Shown here piece by piece: positions 17,942 to 28,592 of a stretch of DNA of 64,000 nt. The stretch is from Opitutales bacterium (GTDB lineage: Bacteria > Verrucomicrobiota > Verrucomicrobiia > Opitutales > JABSRG01), in the NCBI GenBank assembly GCA_049599475.1, contig JBMYOQ010000005.1, forward strand, positions 32,001-96,000, written 5' to 3'. A program made the translations under genes and the position numbers. Within the stretch, counting starts at the first letter, position 1. Each line of letters begins with the position of its first letter. The notes under the pieces were generated by a model. The model ran no database searches. It was not told the DNA's origin and saw nothing but the letters and a program-made list of their open reading frames with translations.

Positions 17942-18667
17942 CTACTGGTTGAGGGTTAAAGTGCTCGGAGGATTGCCTTGTCGGGTGGATTTCCTCCCAA
18001 AATCTGAAAGCACTGCTCGGACCGACGCCACGAAGGCGTCTGGGTCGTCGGGAGTGATCACGATGGTTTTTCCATCGAATCGAGCTATCACCGCTTTCTT
18101 AGGGTCGGTGGCGTAGACACGGTAGGTACCGAGGAGTCCATTGCGAAAATAGCCGATGTAGCCGAAAAGGCCCCCTATACCAAATAGGCGAATGGAGCCC
18201 ATCATTGCGTCGGGCTCGACTTGTAGATCTTCCAGTTTCTCGAGAGGGAAGCGCTTACTCCACCCTGCGCGATGAACGAGGAGTTGCCCTTCGCGGATCG
18301 AATATCCGGCAACCCCAAGAAAGTAGGCAAGAATCAATATGATGGTGAAAATCCAAAGAATCTCCGGAAGGAAAATGGATAGTGTTATGAAAAGAAGAAC
18401 CACAGTTGTGGTCACTATCTTTAGCGGCTTGTCCCAGGGAGCGCTGAAATTTAAACGCAGGACGGCATCTTGAAAAACTATTGGATCTACTTCGAAGGTA
18501 TTCGCCAAGAGGAGGATGCAATCTGCAGAGGGAAGCTCCCCTTTTTCATATCTTTGTATCGAGCGAGTCGATAGGCCGCACACTTCCGCGAGTTTTTCCT
18601 GTGTCCAAGAGCGGCGAGCGCGCTCAAGCTTTATTCGGGAAGCGATCTTTGAATGTGTTGAATTCAT
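17942..18667 (-). CDS. XRE-family HTH regulator fused to 2 TM segments and a bacterial PH domain
   Basis: N-terminal RARRSWTQEKLAEVCGLSTRSIQRYEKG, two TM segments, and bPH motif SIRLFGIGGLFGYIGYF..ITPDDP. Confidence 0.85.
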   Translation of the reverse strand: MNSTHSKIASRIKLERARRSWTQEKLAEVCGLSTRSIQRYEKGELPSADCILLLANTFEVDPIVFQDAVLRLNFSAPWDKPLKIVTTTVVLLFITLSIFLPEILWIFTIILILAYFLGVAGYSIREGQLLVHRAGWSKRFPLEKLEDLQVEPDAMMGSIRLFGIGGLFGYIGYFRNGLLGTYRVYATDPKKAVIARFDGKTIVITPDDPDAFVASVRAVLSDFGRKSTRQGNPPSTLTLNQ

Positions 18668-18701
18668 GGCCTAAAACTTTACTAGAATGCGCCATTTTGA
18701 C

Positions 18702-18730
18702 CACGACAGCAACACGACAATGACCTGACA
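18702..18730. promoter_or_regulatory. Three phased direct repeats (11-bp period), candidate XRE autoregulatory site
   Basis: CACGACA (18702), CACGACA (18713), CCTGACA (18724), 35-63 bp upstream of the XRE start. Confidence 0.45.
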
Positions 18731-18820
18731 GGCTGGCGAAAGGTGAATTTCGTGTCCCCTAAAATTGATCACGGAGCTAAGCCGCCTTACAGAGCTTGAG
18801 CTTGGTCAATTCATCTCCCA

Positions 18821-20905
18821 TTAGTAACTAAAATCTGAATACTGCAGGAAGAAGTCTGTATTCTCCGGATCTGCGAAGGGGGGCTCGATCGGTTGTTGAG
18901 TGAGCCGAAAAAAGCGGCTGGGATCGAGGCCCACAGTATCCTCGGTCAAGACGCCCTCGCCCGTACCGTCGAATGCGCTCGCGAAATCCTGCCATGCATT
19001 GAGGAGGTTGGTTGTCGATTCCCATTGGTAATTGAGGCGCGTGTTGGTCGCATTGGCCGTGAGCTCAATATCTTCTTGCGGATCGTCTCCGGGTGCGATG
19101 CTGACGGGTGTGATTGGTTTCATATGGGCCTCTAACCACTTTAAAACCTCGGCGCGCGAAAGTCGTTTGGCCTTTTGATCGGCAGTTTCGTTATTGGTGT
19201 CCCAATCAATCCCAAGTGAAGATGTGACCAGATCGAAGGAGTGATCCACGCCTGCATAGATGAAGTGGTGCTGCAAGGGATCCTCGACGCCTTCCGCTGC
19301 GGCTTGAAGGGAGGAAGATTCGACTTGTTTGATTGGAAAAAGGTTTCCCGTAAGCGGCAATGCAGCATCTGGATCGTCGACACCCAGCAGTGAATCCTCT
19401 GTGCCGTGGAAGAGGAGGACCTTCATGCGACGGTCGAACATATAGCGTCCGGCGGTGACAGAACTGGCTTGTCCATGATAGCGCCAATGGGAGCCCCCGC
19501 CGTAGTAGAAGAAGCCCAGCTTGGGAAAGGGTAGGTCGTCTGGAATGCGGACGGGGCTGTCGACGACAAGTAGGGTGTCGAATTCGACATCATCCTCTGG
19601 CTCTGGCGTGTCTTGGTCGTTCAAATCGACATAGGAAACCTCGTATTGGCCAAGGTCGACAGAGACGTCGAGCACGGCGTTCATGGCCGTCTGAGCACCA
19701 TGGGAGAACCCCATCAATGCAATGTTGTCGGTATCTACATCGTCTCGGCTCTGTAGATAGCTCAAAGCGGCAACGACATCCTTGGGCCTCTCGTAATTCG
19801 GCGAGCACAAGGCGTCGTCGTCAGTGGGGTCGTAGTGCGGCCGCCGGCCACTGAAGTTCTCTGGAATGCCGCGTGGATTGTAGCTGTCTGGGAAACAGGC
19901 AATGTACCCTAGGTCTGCGAGGAGTTCACCCCATTGCTCAAATTGAGAGATGAGGCCATTCGCGATTTCATCATTTGACCATAAACCTCCGGATCCGTGC
20001 ATGATCAACACGGTGGGATAGGGCCCCGGACCGAAAGCACTCGAGTCAGGAACGTACAGGCGTGCGACTAGGGTGAGTTGATCCGCATCGTCAGGGTAAC
20101 CAGGCAAAGCGGATAGCTGTGCAGTCGGGGTCGGGATTGAGTCAGGCTCGAGATCCTCGGGGAGATCGAAGAAGACGGTTTCTTCGGTGAAGGCGGTCAC
20201 CAGCGACTCTGCATCTAAACGCACATCATCGAAATCGACCTCGATACCAGGATCAGGAGTGTCTGCGATATTCAGATTAACCAGGCGAATGGTCAGAGCC
20301 CCGCCTTCCTGGGGGTGCGCATCCCCGACATCGTAGACAATCTCGCGCGTCTCCCAGAGGCCTTCGCTGATCTCCGCTCCGGTGTCGGAGGCTAGCACGA
20401 CATCGCCCGCCATAAGGTCTATGCGGTAGCCAGGAAAGCCGTTCAGGTTATAAAAATTGTTACCCCCGTCTGCGGAGGATACGGACCCTTGGCCGGAAGC
20501 AATGTTGCCTACATCGACCTGTAGTGTGTAACGGGTTTTGAGCTCCAGAGTATCGCCAAGGGTTTGTTGGATTCCGACTTCACCTTGTCCAAATGCGCCG
20601 TCCAAGTAAATAATAGCAGCCAAGGAACCCTCAGGCGCGCCGCCAGGGAAAAAGTCTGAGCCGGTAGGATTGATCAGGCCGATCGAAAGATTGTTGCCAT
20701 TTAGCAGGGCGTTTGGGTCGTAAGGGTCCCAGTCCGAAGGGGTCCCTGGATCGACACGAAAGGTATTATCCGGGATCGGAGACAGGTCCGGCATGGTGTC
20801 ATTCTCGAAACCTGAATTCAGGATTGCGAGAGGCGCAGCGTGGGAAACGTTAAGGCAAACCGAGGCCGCAACGCACAGCGCGGCACCGAGTGGGTAGGTC
20901 TTCAT
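18821..20905 (-). CDS. Secreted protein: Stig/HpiC1-cyclase-like beta-sandwich domain + dienelactone-hydrolase-like serine hydrolase + short C-terminal domain
   Basis: Signal peptide. N-domain motifs NSGFE, WDPYDPN, APEG, IQQTL..RYTLQVDVGN, GFPGYRIDLMAGDVVLA, IRLVN, EVDFDDVRL. Hydrolase motifs HGSGG, GFSHG, HGTED, HSFD. Confidence 0.8.
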   Translation of the reverse strand: MKTYPLGAALCVAASVCLNVSHAAPLAILNSGFENDTMPDLSPIPDNTFRVDPGTPSDWDPYDPNALLNGNNLSIGLINPTGSDFFPGGAPEGSLAAIIYLDGAFGQGEVGIQQTLGDTLELKTRYTLQVDVGNIASGQGSVSSADGGNNFYNLNGFPGYRIDLMAGDVVLASDTGAEISEGLWETREIVYDVGDAHPQEGGALTIRLVNLNIADTPDPGIEVDFDDVRLDAESLVTAFTEETVFFDLPEDLEPDSIPTPTAQLSALPGYPDDADQLTLVARLYVPDSSAFGPGPYPTVLIMHGSGGLWSNDEIANGLISQFEQWGELLADLGYIACFPDSYNPRGIPENFSGRRPHYDPTDDDALCSPNYERPKDVVAALSYLQSRDDVDTDNIALMGFSHGAQTAMNAVLDVSVDLGQYEVSYVDLNDQDTPEPEDDVEFDTLLVVDSPVRIPDDLPFPKLGFFYYGGGSHWRYHGQASSVTAGRYMFDRRMKVLLFHGTEDSLLGVDDPDAALPLTGNLFPIKQVESSSLQAAAEGVEDPLQHHFIYAGVDHSFDLVTSSLGIDWDTNNETADQKAKRLSRAEVLKWLEAHMKPITPVSIAPGDDPQEDIELTANATNTRLNYQWESTTNLLNAWQDFASAFDGTGEGVLTEDTVGLDPSRFFRLTQQPIEPPFADPENTDFFLQYSDFSY

Positions 20906-21006
20906 GGCTAGTCAGGCTTGGGTGGAGTGAGCGGAGCCTACGGATCCGATTAGGCGGGTCAAACCTGAACAGGGTGTCTCTGAGGAAAGCGGGAATCGGC
21001 TTTTTC

Positions 21007-22194
21007 CTACTTCCTTGACGAAAGTCTGATCACCGAAACCTCTGCGGGGGTGCCGAACCGAAAGGGAACTCCCCAAAATCCAGTTCCAGGATTTATATAG
21101 AGGGTGCTTGTTCCTTTTTTGTAGAGGCCCATGGCGTGCTCCAGGAAGGGAGACGCGAGACTCCAATTGAGAAAGGGGATGGCGAATTGGCCATAGTGGG
21201 TGTGACCGCTTAGAGTGAGATCGACACCGCGCTGGTTGAGCTCGCTCCATAGAGCGGGGTTGTGAGCGAGAGCGATCACGGGTTCGTTCGGAGAAATGTC
21301 CTTAAAGGTCAGGGAAATGTCGGGTGCCGCTGGCGCCTGCAATGGGTTGTTTTTGTTGGCTGCGGGATCGCCCGTTCCGGCTATCCAAATACGTTGACCG
21401 TCTTTTTCGATAGATTTCGATTCGTTGAGTAGCACCTGGATGCCACTGCTTTCTAGGCCTGCTTTGACGGGGATCCAATTCGCGTAGATGTCATGATTTC
21501 CTATGACAGCATATACGCCGCAGGGTGCCTCGAGGTCTTTGAATGCCGCGTTGAAGTGCTCGATGTCGTGAGCGAAGTCGTCAACCTGGTCTCCGGTAAT
21601 GACGATTAGGTCAGGTTGCTGGTTGAGAACCGTCTGCTGTATTTTTGCCAGAAATGGTTTAGAGGTATGAGGCCCTACATGAAGGTCTGAGATTTGGACG
21701 ATTTTTAGCCCTTCAAAAGCTTCTGGTAATCGAGAAATAGATACATCTATGACCTTAAGCGTTAGTTTGCGCGAATGGTACCATCCCATGATGGACAGAA
21801 GGCTGAGCCCAGGTATCGTGATCGCCGTGCTCCATCGAGCAAACTGGGCACTGTCTCCGAATGGAAACCCTAGAGCTGCGCCCGTGAGCATGCCTATTGC
21901 GATGAGGGGCAGGGCCAGCATCGCATACCAAAATGGCCGCATAATGAATAGCCGTGTCGAAGCATTGGGATAGGCTTCTCTTGTGAATCCGTTGACCAGT
22001 GCGCGCAGGGGAATCGCAACGAGTAAGAGGGCTCCTGAAATGGACAGCCATCCTCCAGGCAAGAAGGGGTGGAAAAATACTCCGATTACCGACAACGGAA
22101 GACCTATCCACGCTAGGACGAATAGGGATACGGGAAGAAGTGGGAAATGCGATTGCGGGGCAGCAGTCGTTCTGATTTCGGCATTCATGAGCAT
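21007..22194 (-). CDS. Membrane-anchored metallophosphoesterase (YkuE/YaeI-like)
   Basis: SDLH, TGD, GNHD, AHNP and SGHTH motifs after 4 TM segments. Confidence 0.92.
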   Translation of the reverse strand: MLMNAEIRTTAAPQSHFPLLPVSLFVLAWIGLPLSVIGVFFHPFLPGGWLSISGALLLVAIPLRALVNGFTREAYPNASTRLFIMRPFWYAMLALPLIAIGMLTGAALGFPFGDSAQFARWSTAITIPGLSLLSIMGWYHSRKLTLKVIDVSISRLPEAFEGLKIVQISDLHVGPHTSKPFLAKIQQTVLNQQPDLIVITGDQVDDFAHDIEHFNAAFKDLEAPCGVYAVIGNHDIYANWIPVKAGLESSGIQVLLNESKSIEKDGQRIWIAGTGDPAANKNNPLQAPAAPDISLTFKDISPNEPVIALAHNPALWSELNQRGVDLTLSGHTHYGQFAIPFLNWSLASPFLEHAMGLYKKGTSTLYINPGTGFWGVPFRFGTPAEVSVIRLSSRK

Positions 22195-22339
22195 TATGAC
22201 AAACTTCGGCGATCGATGTTCGGGACTGTAATCGATTTTGAAATTATACTATCAGGTCCGCCCGCTTTAGCGCCAATTTCGTGACTCTCGTGTATTTGGT
22301 GGACTCCCGAATCGAAGCTTAAATAGCATCCGCGGGAAG

Positions 22340-24076
22340 ATGTATACACTTAGGCCCTATCAGCAGGAAGCAGTAGATCGGACGCTCCGTTATTTTCGGA
22401 AGAAGCGGAGTCCTGCGGTGATCGTCCTGCCTACTGGAGCAGGGAAGAGCCTTGTCATTGCCGAGTTAGCGAAGATTGCTAAGGGGCGCGTCTTGGTGCT
22501 CACGCACGTGAAGGAGCTGGTCGAGCAGAACCACCTGAAATACGAGAGCTACGGCCTGAAGGCGGGAATCTACTCAGCTGGATTGAACCAGAAGGACAGT
22601 GCCCAGAAGGTCATCTTCGGGAGTATCCAATCTGTCGCAAATGCTGAAGATAGCTTTTTCCGAGATTTCAACTTGGTCGTGATCGACGAGTGTCACCGTG
22701 TGGGTCTGCAGCCGGAATCCCAATATGCGCAAGTGATTGGGCGACTTCAGCGCAACAATCCGCGCATCTGCATCCTAGGCCTCACGGCTACACCCTATCG
22801 CTTAGGACTGGGATGGATTTTTAATGTCGCGCTTGATGGCGAGATAAAGACGGAAGAAGATCGTTTTTTTAAGCACTGCATCTACGAGTTGCCAATCGAC
22901 TACATGATCCGGAATCGTTACCTTACGCGGCCGGTAAAAGTGGACAATCCGGTGACCTCCTACGATTTCTCCGAGCTTACCGAAGGGGGCGAATCCTACA
23001 CCATGGCGCAACTTGAGGAGGTGCTTGGTCAGCAGCGACGGCTCACACCCCTTATTATTAAAAACATTATCGACATTACGGAGAGTGAACATCGGCAGGG
23101 TGTTATGATTTTTAGCTCTACCGTGAAGCATGCCGAGGAGATTATGGAGTACCTCCCCGCGGGGCAGGCCCGGCTCGTGGTCGGGACGACAGAGCTCAGC
23201 GAGCGAGATGCGATCATTGAGGCCTTTAAGCAGAAAGCATTTCGTTATCTCGTGAATGTCTCGGTGTTGACGACGGGGTTCGATGCCTCCCATGTGGATG
23301 TAATTGCGATACTACGACCCACCGAATCTGTGAGCTTATACCAACAGATTATTGGTCGCGGCTTACGTTTGGGAGATGATAAAAAGGACTGCTTAGTCCT
23401 AGATTATACTGGAATGGGGCACAGTATCTTCAGTCCAGAAATCGGAGAGAAAAAGCCAGAGTCGGAATCGGTTCCGGTGCAAGTCGCCTGTCCGCAGTGT
23501 GGGCATATTAATGACTTCTGGGGTACCCTCGATCATGATGGCAATGTCGTAGAGCATCATGGGCGCAAATGTAGGGGAGGGAAAACGGATCCGCACACGC
23601 TTGAATTTACGCCGTGCGGCTTTCGTTTTCGCTATAAAATTTGTAGCGAGTGTGGCTCAGAAAACGATATCTCTGCGCGGGCCTGCAATAAGTGCGGTGT
23701 TGTATTGGTAGATCCTGACGAAAAGCTCAAGCAGGCTAGGCTTTCTAAAAATGCCCACGTGCTCACGCCAGATTCCATAGAAATGCTAGAGCGCACTGAC
23801 AAGCGAGGAACGCCCTACCTACAGGTGAAGTATTACGATTACGACGCACAGTTTGTATCCGAAATGCACTACCTGAACAATCCGACGAGTCTCAAAAAAT
23901 TCAGAGTCAACTTCCTTCGCTCCCACCTGCGTCGACCCGAAACAAAGCTCAACATCCGAAGGGTCGAGGATGTGATCAATATCCAGTCCCAGCTCCGCAT
24001 GCCCGCCTTCGTAATCGCCCGCAAACAAGGCAACTTCTGGAAGGTTACGGAGAAGATATTCGGCGAGGAGCTGTGA
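22340..24076 (+). CDS. radD: DNA repair helicase RadD (YejH)
   Basis: [34 protein letters not shown], plus C-terminal Zn fingers CPQCG and CSECG..CNKCG. Confidence 0.9.
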   Translation: MYTLRPYQQEAVDRTLRYFRKKRSPAVIVLPTGAGKSLVIAELAKIAKGRVLVLTHVKELVEQNHLKYESYGLKAGIYSAGLNQKDSAQKVIFGSIQSVANAEDSFFRDFNLVVIDECHRVGLQPESQYAQVIGRLQRNNPRICILGLTATPYRLGLGWIFNVALDGEIKTEEDRFFKHCIYELPIDYMIRNRYLTRPVKVDNPVTSYDFSELTEGGESYTMAQLEEVLGQQRRLTPLIIKNIIDITESEHRQGVMIFSSTVKHAEEIMEYLPAGQARLVVGTTELSERDAIIEAFKQKAFRYLVNVSVLTTGFDASHVDVIAILRPTESVSLYQQIIGRGLRLGDDKKDCLVLDYTGMGHSIFSPEIGEKKPESESVPVQVACPQCGHINDFWGTLDHDGNVVEHHGRKCRGGKTDPHTLEFTPCGFRFRYKICSECGSENDISARACNKCGVVLVDPDEKLKQARLSKNAHVLTPDSIEMLERTDKRGTPYLQVKYYDYDAQFVSEMHYLNNPTSLKKFRVNFLRSHLRRPETKLNIRRVEDVINIQSQLRMPAFVIARKQGNFWKVTEKIFGEEL

Positions 24077-24101
24077 GGTGTAGGCTTCTACTCTTTACAG
24101 G

Positions 24102-24317
24102 TCTCACGCCCGCTTCGCTCAAGCAGCAAAGACGCGAAGATACTTGAAGAACTGCCACCAGGCAGGCCTCGTGAGAAAGCGTTTCGAATCTAGAATTACT
24201 CAAACGGAGCGAGTGTAGCCAAGGGTGCCGAAACCTATCTTAAAAGAATCTGCGTCCATCTGGGGATCTCCATAATAAGCTTTGCGCCTTTGCTGCTTGA
24301 GCGAAGCGGGCGCGAGA
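24102..24317. repeat. 38-bp long inverted repeat (arms 24102-24139 and 24280-24317)
   Basis: TCTCACGCCCGCTTCGCTCAAGCAGCAAAGACGCGAAG versus the reverse complement of the right arm, 35/38 identical, 140-bp spacer. Confidence 0.85.
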
Positions 24318-24403
24318 ACATGAGCTGTTTCCATGAATTCCCTGAACTTTTTCTTCGATAGGAGTTTGAGGAATGCAACTGGCTGTCTAAACCTAATTTT
24401 AAG

Positions 24404-26032
24404 ATGGATGCTGTTTTTATTGCTGTTGCCTTTGGATTTGGACTGATCGCTCAACGACTCAAGCTGCCGCCCTTGGTCGGCTTCTTGATTTCGGGCTTTG
24501 TATTGCAGGCGATGGGGCACACCGGAGGACCGGCCTTGGAGACTATGGCGAATCTCGGAGTCACCCTCATGCTATTCAGCATTGGCGTCAAATTGAAGCT
24601 GCGCACCCTCGCAAGGCCCGAGATCTGGGGAGGCACTACCATGCATACTGCCGGCGTGCTTCTCGTTTTTGCGCCGACTATCCTCGTGCTTGCTCTCAGT
24701 CTGTTCGATTTGCCTGGTTTCGACGTTAAGGTGGCGATGCTGGTGGCCTTTGGCCTGAGTTTCTCGAGCACTGTATTCGCCGTGAAGAGCTTGGGTGAAA
24801 ACGGGGATATGGACTCGATGCACGGTCGGGCCGCGATCGGGGTCTTGATCATGCAGGACATCATTGCCGTCCTATTTCTCACCTTCAGCACGGGCAAGAT
24901 TCCAACGCTCTGGGCCATCCCGCTGCTGGCCGCACTGCTCTTTGGCCGCAAGATTTTACAGCGCCTGATAGCAGGCTCAGGTCACGGTGAAATGATCGCC
25001 TTGTGTGGACTGTTCTTAGCCCTGGTGGTGGGTTCCGAAGGCTTTACCGTGGTGGGCCTCAATGGGGACTTGGGAGCTCTGTTTATCGGGGTTTTGGTGG
25101 GAGCGCATCCTCGAGCGAGCGAGCTCAGTAAATCACTCTCGGGAATCACAGACTTGTTACTTGTGGGCTTCTTCTTGCAAATCGGTCTTCAGGGAAGTTT
25201 GACGGGGCAATCCTTAATTTGGGCGCTGATCTTCATTGCGATGCTCCCCCTGAAGAGCGTCGGCTTCTTCTTCATCTTTACTCGCTTTCACCTCCGCGCG
25301 CGGACCGCTTGGCTCAGTGCGCTCAACCTATCCACCTACAGTGAGTTTGGCCTGATCGTGCTAGCTCTCGCTGTGGGGAAAGGTTGGCTCGGCAGCGAGT
25401 GGCTCATTTCCATGGCCTTGGCCCTTTCAATTAGTATTTTGTTGGTGTCTCCACTCACGCGCAATGCCGACGTCCTCTACGAGAAGATATGTAGTAAGCT
25501 GCGTAAATTCGAAACCGATACGGATCATCCCGACGATCTTCCCATCGAAATCGGCGACCGCCGTATCGCCATCTTCGGTATGGGCCGTGTCGGTACCTCC
25601 GCTTATAAATATTTTGAGGAGCGATTCCCAGGGAAAGTCATCGGATTTGATATGGATGCGTATACTCTGGAAAAGCACCAGGACGAAGGCCGCGCGGTCC
25701 TGCTCGCAGACGCGACCGACACCGATTTCTGGACCAAAATGCAATTCCGGGACAAGCTCGATCTGGTCATCCTAGCCCTTTCTAGCCACCCCGCCAACCT
25801 CCACGCCGCCGAGACCCTCAAGCGTAACGAATTCTCCGGCGTGGTAACCGCCATCGGCCGCTACGATGACGAAGTATCCGAACTCTGCGGCCTCGGCCTC
25901 ACCACTGCCTTCAACCTCTACATCGAAGCCGGGAACGGTTTCGCCCACCACGTCCACGAAGTCTTCTCAGAGCAACGCCCAGACCTCGTAGAAGCCTTGC
26001 AAAAGGACGGGGCGAAGGCGACCGAAGGGTAG
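24404..26032 (+). CDS. Kef-type cation:proton antiporter (CPA2) with TrkA-N/KTN domain
   Basis: LPPLVGF, LFSIG, SSTVFAVK, GVLIMQD and SEFG motifs; C-terminal GMGRVG and DATD. Confidence 0.9.
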   Translation: MDAVFIAVAFGFGLIAQRLKLPPLVGFLISGFVLQAMGHTGGPALETMANLGVTLMLFSIGVKLKLRTLARPEIWGGTTMHTAGVLLVFAPTILVLALSLFDLPGFDVKVAMLVAFGLSFSSTVFAVKSLGENGDMDSMHGRAAIGVLIMQDIIAVLFLTFSTGKIPTLWAIPLLAALLFGRKILQRLIAGSGHGEMIALCGLFLALVVGSEGFTVVGLNGDLGALFIGVLVGAHPRASELSKSLSGITDLLLVGFFLQIGLQGSLTGQSLIWALIFIAMLPLKSVGFFFIFTRFHLRARTAWLSALNLSTYSEFGLIVLALAVGKGWLGSEWLISMALALSISILLVSPLTRNADVLYEKICSKLRKFETDTDHPDDLPIEIGDRRIAIFGMGRVGTSAYKYFEERFPGKVIGFDMDAYTLEKHQDEGRAVLLADATDTDFWTKMQFRDKLDLVILALSSHPANLHAAETLKRNEFSGVVTAIGRYDDEVSELCGLGLTTAFNLYIEAGNGFAHHVHEVFSEQRPDLVEALQKDGAKATEG

Positions 26033-26054
26033 GGGCAAGCGTCCTCGCTTGACC
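26029..26054 (+). repeat. GTAG REP-like hairpin overlapping the antiporter stop codon
   Basis: GTAG-GGGCAAGC-GTCCTC-GCTTGACC. The TAG of GTAG is the antiporter stop. Confidence 0.6.
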
Positions 26055-26109
26055 GAGAGAGTCGGCCTCACCGGGGGTGATAAACTTGGCTCTTATCTAT
26101 TTATGAAAA

Positions 26110-26187
26110 ACTGAGCGGCTCTGTGACCCTTGCGCGATATCTATATGCTTAAAAATCTTCACGTGGATTCCGCAGAGCCGCTGAGTT
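26110..26187. repeat. CGCAGAG-type short repeats (inverted pair), left boundary of the dehalogenase cassette
   Basis: ACTGAGCGGCTCTGTGACCCTTGCGCGAT (26110-26138) and inverted CCGCAGAGCCGCTGAGTT (26170-26187). Confidence 0.6.
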
Positions 26188-26211
26188 TGGGCACTGTTAA
26201 ATTGAGCCTCC

Positions 26212-26787
26212 TTAAACCACGGTCTCGTCAGGTTCGCTTTCAAGAAACTCGCGGCCGTTGCTGCGTGCTGGGTCGTCGATTATTTCTACCCATTTTTCTC
26301 CCTATTCTCGTATCGAATCTTCAGATACGCTGTCAGCCCGATACATCCATTGTGGGATCATGTAGTTCATCTGGCATAGGTTTGCGGTTAGCTGAAAGGG
26401 TCGCAACAGATCGTGGATTGTGGCGTAGATGTCGAAGCCTGTGTAATACTTCTCCTGCCCTCCCGCCGAGAGAATGATCTGAAGGTCTTTGCCTTTGAGT
26501 TTGTCGCCTGTGCTTCCGTAGGCGAATCCGTAGGTGAGGACATCGTCCAGCCATTTTTTCAAGAGAGGCGGACTCGAATACCAGTAGAAAGGGAATTGGA
26601 AAATAATGCGGTCGAATTCAAGTAAGAGGTTCTGTTCTCTTTCAACATCAATTTGCAATTCGGGGTATTCCTGATACATATCTCGCGAGATTGCGATCTT
26701 TCCACTGGCTTCGAGTTGTTGTTTCCAGATTCGGTTGACGCGTGACGACGATAGATCCGGGTGGAACACCATGTTCATGATTTTCAT
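26212..26787 (-). CDS. Flavodoxin-fold NAD(P)H oxidoreductase (KefF/KefG/YwrO-like) with an in-frame TAG at 26302-26304
   Basis: HPDLSSSRVN, IDVEREQ, FQFPFYWYSSPPLLKKWLD and GFAYG motifs. The frame stays open 29 codons beyond the TAG (GEKWVEIIDDPARSNGREFLESEPDETVV*). Confidence 0.85.
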
Positions 26788-26809
26788 AGCAAATCCAATC
26801 ACTTGATAA

Positions 26810-27724
<915 letters not shown>

Positions 27725-27729
27725 TTAAT

Positions 27730-27773
27730 TAGGTCAAATGACCTATTCAATATCGATTAGGTCTGTTGACCTA
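27730..27773. promoter_or_regulatory. Two TAGGTC-N4-GACCTA palindromic operators
   Basis: TAGGTCAAATGACCTA (27730-27745) and TAGGTCTGTTGACCTA (27758-27773), between the divergent dehalogenase and TetR genes. Confidence 0.8.
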
Positions 27774-27822
27774 GGGTGTCAAGCATGCTAGCAAAGAAAA
27801 TTGTCCCACGATTCAGAATCCC

Positions 27823-28392
27823 ATGGCGCACAAGCAAGAAACCAAAATCCTCATCATCGAAACCGCTATCGAAGTCCTCCGCACCAGCGGGACCGAGGGC
27901 CTGACATTGCGTAAAGTCGCGACCCAGGCATCGATCAGTCTGGGGAATCTACAGTACCACTTCAAAGACAAGCCGGCCCTCTTTGCGGGGCTTGGCGGAT
28001 ATTATTTTGGGCAGTGCGCAGCATTGCTCGACCAATATGAAGGCCTGGATGATTCCAAATCTATCGAGAAAAAACTGCGCCACTTGATTCTATTTTACCT
28101 GGATCACCTAGATGAACTCACTGACATGTGCCGCATCTTTCGAGAACTCTGGGCCCTAGCCACCCGGGACATCGAAGTGCAACAACAGCTGAACGACTAC
28201 TACAGGCTGACCGTAGAAAAGCTCGAGGCTATAGTTTCAGAAATGGGCATTAGCCCAAAATTAGCCCGCGAAATTGTAATCCTACTTCTCCCATATTTCG
28301 AGGGCTATTCCATCACGCATGACTCCCTCGCCTATAACAAAACTGAGACCGCCAAACTGCTTACGCGTCTATCTATGGAGTTGGTGGAGTAG
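27823..28392 (+). CDS. TetR/AcrR-family regulator
   Basis: N-terminal HTH LTLRKVATQASISLGNLQYHFKDK; divergent from the dehalogenase gene. Confidence 0.92.
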   Translation: MAHKQETKILIIETAIEVLRTSGTEGLTLRKVATQASISLGNLQYHFKDKPALFAGLGGYYFGQCAALLDQYEGLDDSKSIEKKLRHLILFYLDHLDELTDMCRIFRELWALATRDIEVQQQLNDYYRLTVEKLEAIVSEMGISPKLAREIVILLLPYFEGYSITHDSLAYNKTETAKLLTRLSMELVE

Positions 28393-28428
28393 GAGGAGTC
28401 CGCTGTAGTTTTGGCTCCTTACCTAAAC

Positions 28429-28533
28429 AACTCTGCGACTCAGCGCCGTAGGCCTGCCGGAGATGGCTTAGCAACTCAACGCGAGAACCCAATCGAGTAA
28501 TAGCATCGCGCAGAGTCCGCAGAGCCGCGGAGT
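28429..28533. repeat. CGCAGAG-type short repeats, right boundary of the dehalogenase cassette
   Basis: ATCGCGCAGAGTCCGCAGAGCCGCGGAGT (28505-28533) is 22/29 identical to the reverse complement of 26110-26138. CCGGAGATGGCTTAGCAA (28457-28474) matches the start of the 153-bp repeat at 16/18. Confidence 0.6.
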
Positions 28534-28592
28534 GTAGGCGTTTTCAATGTAGATGACATGTGGTATCTGATTCTTTCTTGTGATTGGTGTCA

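Noticed and set aside
22200..22340. LexA box upstream of radD
   Set aside because: Only a half-site-like TGTTC is present, with no matching GAACA arm.
24200..24520. 106-aa minus-strand ORF across the inverted repeat
   Set aside because: It overlaps the antiporter start on the opposite strand and runs through repeat sequence, with no protein-family features.
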